Source of the DNA: Rhizaria sp. SCN 62-66
Lineage: Eukaryota
Length of the DNA stretch: 25,221 bases
Assembly (NCBI GenBank): GCA_001724265.1
Contig: MEDY01000080.1
Coordinates: 62,001-87,221 of the forward strand
Direction of reading: 5' to 3'
The first letter of the stretch is position 1; every line of letters begins with the position of its first letter. Position numbers and translations under genes: made by a program. Below the pieces are notes generated by a model that worked only from the letters and a program-made list of their open reading frames with translations, was not told where the DNA came from and searched no databases. This document shows, piece by piece, positions 20,943 to 25,221 of this stretch.

Positions 20943-21863
20943 ATGTTTACTTTTCTCACGCGCACCCTGCGCCACATGACGCCTGTCGCGATGGCGGCGG
21001 TGGTGACCTCGGTCGCGACCGTTCAGGAGAACACCGCCGCCTCGAAGCCCGACCAGCCCACCCCGAGCGCCCCCGCTGCGCCCATTATGGCCGCCGCGGC
21101 CGCGCCGTCGTCGTTGTCCAGCCACGCCGCGGGTAAGAACTGCCGCGTCTGTAGCGACGCCCCCAACGCGCTCCAGAGCATGATGAGCTTCTACAACACT
21201 TCCAAGCCCGCTGCGCCTGCCAACACGGCCGCAGCCACGGCCGCTGCGGGCCCTGCTGCTCCCGCTGCCGCTGCGGCGTGGCCGGCCGCTGCGGACGGCT
21301 CCGCCGCGCGCGAGCCGTGTCCGCCGACGTACCGCGAGCTCGGCAACGCGACGTGGCTGTATCTGCACACGATGGCGGCCTACTACCCCGAGGCGCCCAC
21401 GCCCGAGCTGGAGCAGAGCATGCTGCCGTTCATGCGCACGTTCGCGCAGGTGTACCCGTGCGAGTCGTGCCGTGACCACATGCTCGAGTACGTGGAGCAG
21501 CACCCGCCCCAGGCCGCCAACAACGCCGAGCTCTCGCTCTGGCTCTGTCGCTTCCACAACGACGTCAACCTCCAGATCGGAAAGGTACGTGCTCGGTTTA
21601 TTCGACATATCTCGCTAGTATCGCTACTGTTGTGAGCAGATGTCTTAATGTCACACGCTTTAGCTTATGAAACACGTGTATAGTGCTACTTATCTTCAAT
21701 GTCACTCACTTTGTCACTATAATCTTCTTTAATGTTTTGTCTGTTTCTTGTTGTCAATTTGAACACGAACGCCCACACACAACTACAGCCCGCAATGCCT
21801 TGCGACGCCGCGGCCCTCATCCGGCGCTGGCGCGACGGGCCCGAGGACGGGAGCTGCGATTGA
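20943..21863 (+). CDS. ERV1: FAD-linked sulfhydryl oxidase Erv1/ALR, ~238 aa
   Basis: Exons 20943-21584 and 21789-21863; intron GTACGT..ACAG. N-terminal shuttle CRVC, CPPTYRELGNATWLYLHT, active site YPCESC, WLCRFHNDVN..GK|PAMPC, C-terminal RWRDGPEDGSCD. Stop TGA. Several candidate ATGs. Confidence 0.95.
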
Positions 21864-22326
21864 GCACAGATTCGATCAACGCATCACTTACCAAGTTCCA
21901 GTTGTAGCTGCAATGCCGCTGCCACTGCTGCTGCTGCTGCTCTAATGTGGCATGCGTATATGTCAACGTTCTGCCTGTAGCCGCGAGCGACTGACAACTG
22001 TGACAACGGCGTGGCCTATTTATGACTCTACGGGAGCGATTTGACTTCGAACAACATGGTTGTCAGCTCTCTTTCACAACAAATACTCTATTTAACACGT
22101 GTTGCTTTGATGCAACATAAGTACTGTACTATCTAACTATTCTCAATACACTCAACGAGATCAACCATCGTGACGCAAGAAGTCAAAAAAAAATCCGCTT
22201 ATTTTGTATTTATTTTCACAAAGAAAGCTATATGGGCCTTCTGTCGCTGGCTCTCACCGAACTGGCCTATCAGTCCAGTCCTCACTAGTAAGCTTGAGAC
22301 ACTGACACATCTTAAAGACATCTCTC

Positions 22327-23650
22327 TCAGCCCTTGCGCGCAGCCGTGGCGTCCTCCTCCGCGGCCAGCGCGGCGCGCACGCGCTCCAGCTCCACGCGCA
22401 CCTGATAGTTGCCGTCGATGAGGCGGCCGAAGTCGGCCATGAGCGCGTCACAGCGTCCCGCCGCGGCCGCCTGCAGCCGGTAGCGCTGCTCCGTGGCAGC
22501 CTCCGCCGCGGCCGCCTCGCCCGCCGCGGCCGCCGCCAGCGCCGCGGTGGCGCTCCCAGCGCGGGCGAGCGCGCGCGTCCAGGCCGCGGCGCCGTGCGCG
22601 CGCATGAGCTCGAGGTTCCGGAGCCGCGCCGCCTGGGTCGCGGCGGCCAGCGCGGCGTCGCGCAGGGCAGCGGACACGGGGAGTGGGGCCGGGAGGGAGG
22701 CCGCGGCGTCGGGGCTGAGCCAGGAGGACGGGCGCGCGCGGGGGCCAGACTGGGCGGGCAGCGCGGAGTCGGCGTCAGCGTCGGCGTCAGCGTCGGCGTC
22801 AGCCATGGTGGAGCTAGAGCTGCTAGAGCTAGAATCAGTTGTGCTGATGCTGTAGTTGTTGCTGTTGTCTGAGGTTGAGGGCAGCGCCGGAAGGGGTTTG
22901 CCGGTCTTCTTCTCGGTCAGGGCGCTCAACGCGGCGTGGAACAGCGGTGCAGCCTAGATGTACGAGACAAGAGAAATAACAAGAAGAGAAATGACAAAGC
23001 GACAAGCAAAGCGACAAGCACCAAACGCGGGTCAAACGCATTGAAAAACAGAACGTGAGCAAAATGAGATAAGTGGAACGGCGACAAGTGAGACCGACCG
23101 CAAAAGTCGTTGAGTTGAGAAACAAATGACACCGTATGGGTGGCAACTCCATGCAATAATACAACGAGAGTTCTGTCGTACCTGGTAGGCGGAGGAGGAG
23201 CTCTCGGCCTCGATGTCGGCGTGGAAGAGCCTGCGCTCGTACTCGGTGATGCTAATCGGCATCCGCTTCATCTCTGTTGGAGTATGTGTGCGCGTTAGAG
23301 TTTGATGATGAGTCGCGATCAGCGGGCAAGTGGAACGTGCGAAGAGAGTGTTGTGCGAGCGAAACATGGAAACATGTGTTGAATGAATGAGACAGAGTAG
23401 AGAGGCGCAACGATGAAATCAGCACGTTTTGTTCAAATTTAACAACTAAAGTGCATATAGCATCAAGCTTGAATAGTTAGAAAGCGATGACCCCCAAAAA
23501 TAGAAGTGCTGTAAAGACAAACGTACCGATAGCAATCTCACGGCGAGCACTATTCATGAGGTCTTGTGAGACCTGCGCCTCGTCGATATACGGCAGCGCA
23601 TCGATTGCGAATTTGCGCTCCGAGAGAGACGGAACAACTGTCGACGACAT
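22327..23650 (-). CDS. BCAS2: Pre-mRNA splicing factor SPF27 (Prp19 complex), ~280 aa
   Basis: Exons 23650-23527, 23273-23182 and 22953-22327 (GTACGT..CAG phase 1; GTACGA..TAG phase 0). IDALPYID, EIAI|EMKR, RLRNLELMRAHGAAAW and LIDGNYQVRVE match SPF27/BCAS2 blocks. Stop TGA. Confidence 0.88.
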
Positions 23651-24061
23651 ATTGAAGTCCTGAAAGTCGTGACTGGTTTTGTCAAGAGAATAAGTCAAAC
23701 TCAATTCGAGCTCAACTTGCCGATCACGCAACCAACTCTAACCGCTAGCTGCTTTCGCACTCCTGTGGTGAAGAGACAAACGAAGGCAAATCAGGATGTA
23801 ACAAAGAGTAAATGAAACGAAAATTATAGGAAACGTAAAATGGAAGGTCTGTATTGTGGTGCCGAAGCTATACATGTGTTAGGTCATGCTACTCAGCATA
23901 ACATCTAGGTAAAAAGTGGACGGGACCTAGGCCTGATTTCGCTCTCCTACGGTCATGAAACCATCCACAATGCCGAATCTCATGCGAGTCAACGAGCATG
24001 TGTGTGGTTCAGACGGTTTACTAGCGTGTCTAGATGGTGTGGGGAGATGTGAACTCTGCGC

Positions 24062-24581
24062 TCAAGCGCTGCCCTGCGTCTCGTTCGCACCAGCGACACG
24101 CTCCTCCACGCCTGCGAGAAATATAAAAGAAGCAAGATATACGAATAGATTAGAAGATATAGGTGAGAAAACGTCTGATAAGCAGTGTCTGACAGTCACA
24201 TATCATGTGAGTAGGGTCATAAGCGTATTAAGTGAAAAGAGCGGACACGTACCAGTGGTGAAGGCTTCGAGGTAGTCGACCTGATGTTCGAGGCGGCTCA
24301 GCTTGTGGTTCAGCTGTGCAATCTTGCCGCGCACGTCGTTGTCTAAAAACCGCGATAGTCGAAATAAATATGTATGAGCTATGTTGTGATACCACCAAAT
24401 ATGTCCTAGATAATTCGCGACAGAGAGAAAATACCTGCGAGTCGAGAGTCGAGGACGTACCAAACTTGTTAAGGAAAGCAGCGATCTGCATGATGCTATA
24501 CTGCACGTTCTGGATGAACTCGCGGTTCGCCCAATCTTGAGCAACAATGCGAACCTCCTGGTCGCTCATTTGAGAAGACAT
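24062..24581 (-). CDS. BRK1: BRICK1/HSPC300, SCAR/WAVE complex subunit, ~86 aa
   Basis: Exons 24581-24461, 24342-24253 and 24111-24062 (both donors GTACGT, phase 1). Spliced QDWANREFIQNVQYSIMQIAAFLNKFDNDVRGKIAQLNHKLSRLEHQVDYLEA matches BRK1. Stop TGA. Confidence 0.93.
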
Positions 24582-25221
24582 ATTGGTATTCTGACGAGAA
24601 AATAACGTTGTTCAGACAACGAAACGACTCGCTCCTCGACCTCATCTTGCTCTGCTTGGCTCGTGCCTGCCGCCAGCCAAGCAGGTTTGTGGTGAGTCAC
24701 GTTTCCCTATGAAGCGCCTTCTATTCTGCGACACTAAAAATAGTAATCTGACATGACATTGATCCGTAATTTTTACACTTGAAAATAAGTGTATTGCTTG
24801 CATATCAACATCTATCCATCAATAGACTTGTTGTGCCCATAATAAATAAGAAATAGTTGTAATTTGGATAAAATTAATCCTTAAACATTTCGGGCAGGTG
24901 GGCTAGCGAATGGTCAGTGAATCGTGGTCAACGTTGGGTGACCACCTATGGGTCTTCCCGACGGACATCACAACTACGATGTCACATCGTAGTTTCATAA
25001 GGCGGGGTTTGAGTCCCCGTCCTGCCAACATATATATTTTTTTGCTTCCACTCTGCTCCTCCTCGACGATCGCGCTTGCTGTACCGTTGTTTTGCCAGTA
25101 AGCTTAAGCTTAGTATAATGTGTGTAACCCCTATGTAGCGTCAACTAAAAAACGCGAATTCGCGCTTTTTTTGCGACTTTGGCGCACTTTCGTAGAAGTT
25201 ATCAAACTACGTGGTTTATTT

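Noticed and set aside
7565-23650. Functional gene cluster (ERCC1+LIG1+YqgF; SPF30+SPF27; Erv1+CX9C)
   Set aside because: Genes are interspersed with unrelated housekeeping genes; nothing shows more than chance adjacency.
24429-24440. Internal CAG|GTATTT in BRK1 intron 1 as a recursive splice site
   Set aside because: It would require a 26-nt intron, far below the 74-250 nt seen here, and the donor is non-consensus.

Overview
Gene-dense eukaryotic (protist-like) nuclear DNA with GC-rich, Ala/Gly/Ser homopolymer-rich exons and short AT-rich GT-AG introns (donor consensus GTACGT). Twelve protein genes are supportable: a >1540-aa low-complexity protein with a PAM2-like motif (runs off the left edge, absent from the ORF track), a SPAG8/FAP143-like NWE-motif ciliary protein, a twin-CX9C (CMC4-like) protein, ERCC1, a plasma-membrane Qa syntaxin, SPF30/SMNDC1 with two Tudor domains, DNA ligase I, a YqgF/RuvX-domain protein with a long tail, a signal-peptide PTP-family phosphatase, Erv1/ALR, SPF27/BCAS2 and BRICK1. 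The ciliary gene plus the WAVE-complex gene suggest an amoeboflagellate (inference). Main observation: ERCC1 has one in-frame TAG that no canonical intron or downstream ATG explains, while all 11 complete genes end in TAA or TGA. This fits UAG reassignment, but a sequencing error or nonsense allele cannot be excluded. Second: 9 of 12 start codons lie 1-15 nt after an acceptor-like YAG, several with no nearby donor (5'UTR introns or spliced-leader trans-splicing). No RNA genes, CRISPR arrays or mobile elements were recognised. Family assignments are from recalled motifs, not database searches.
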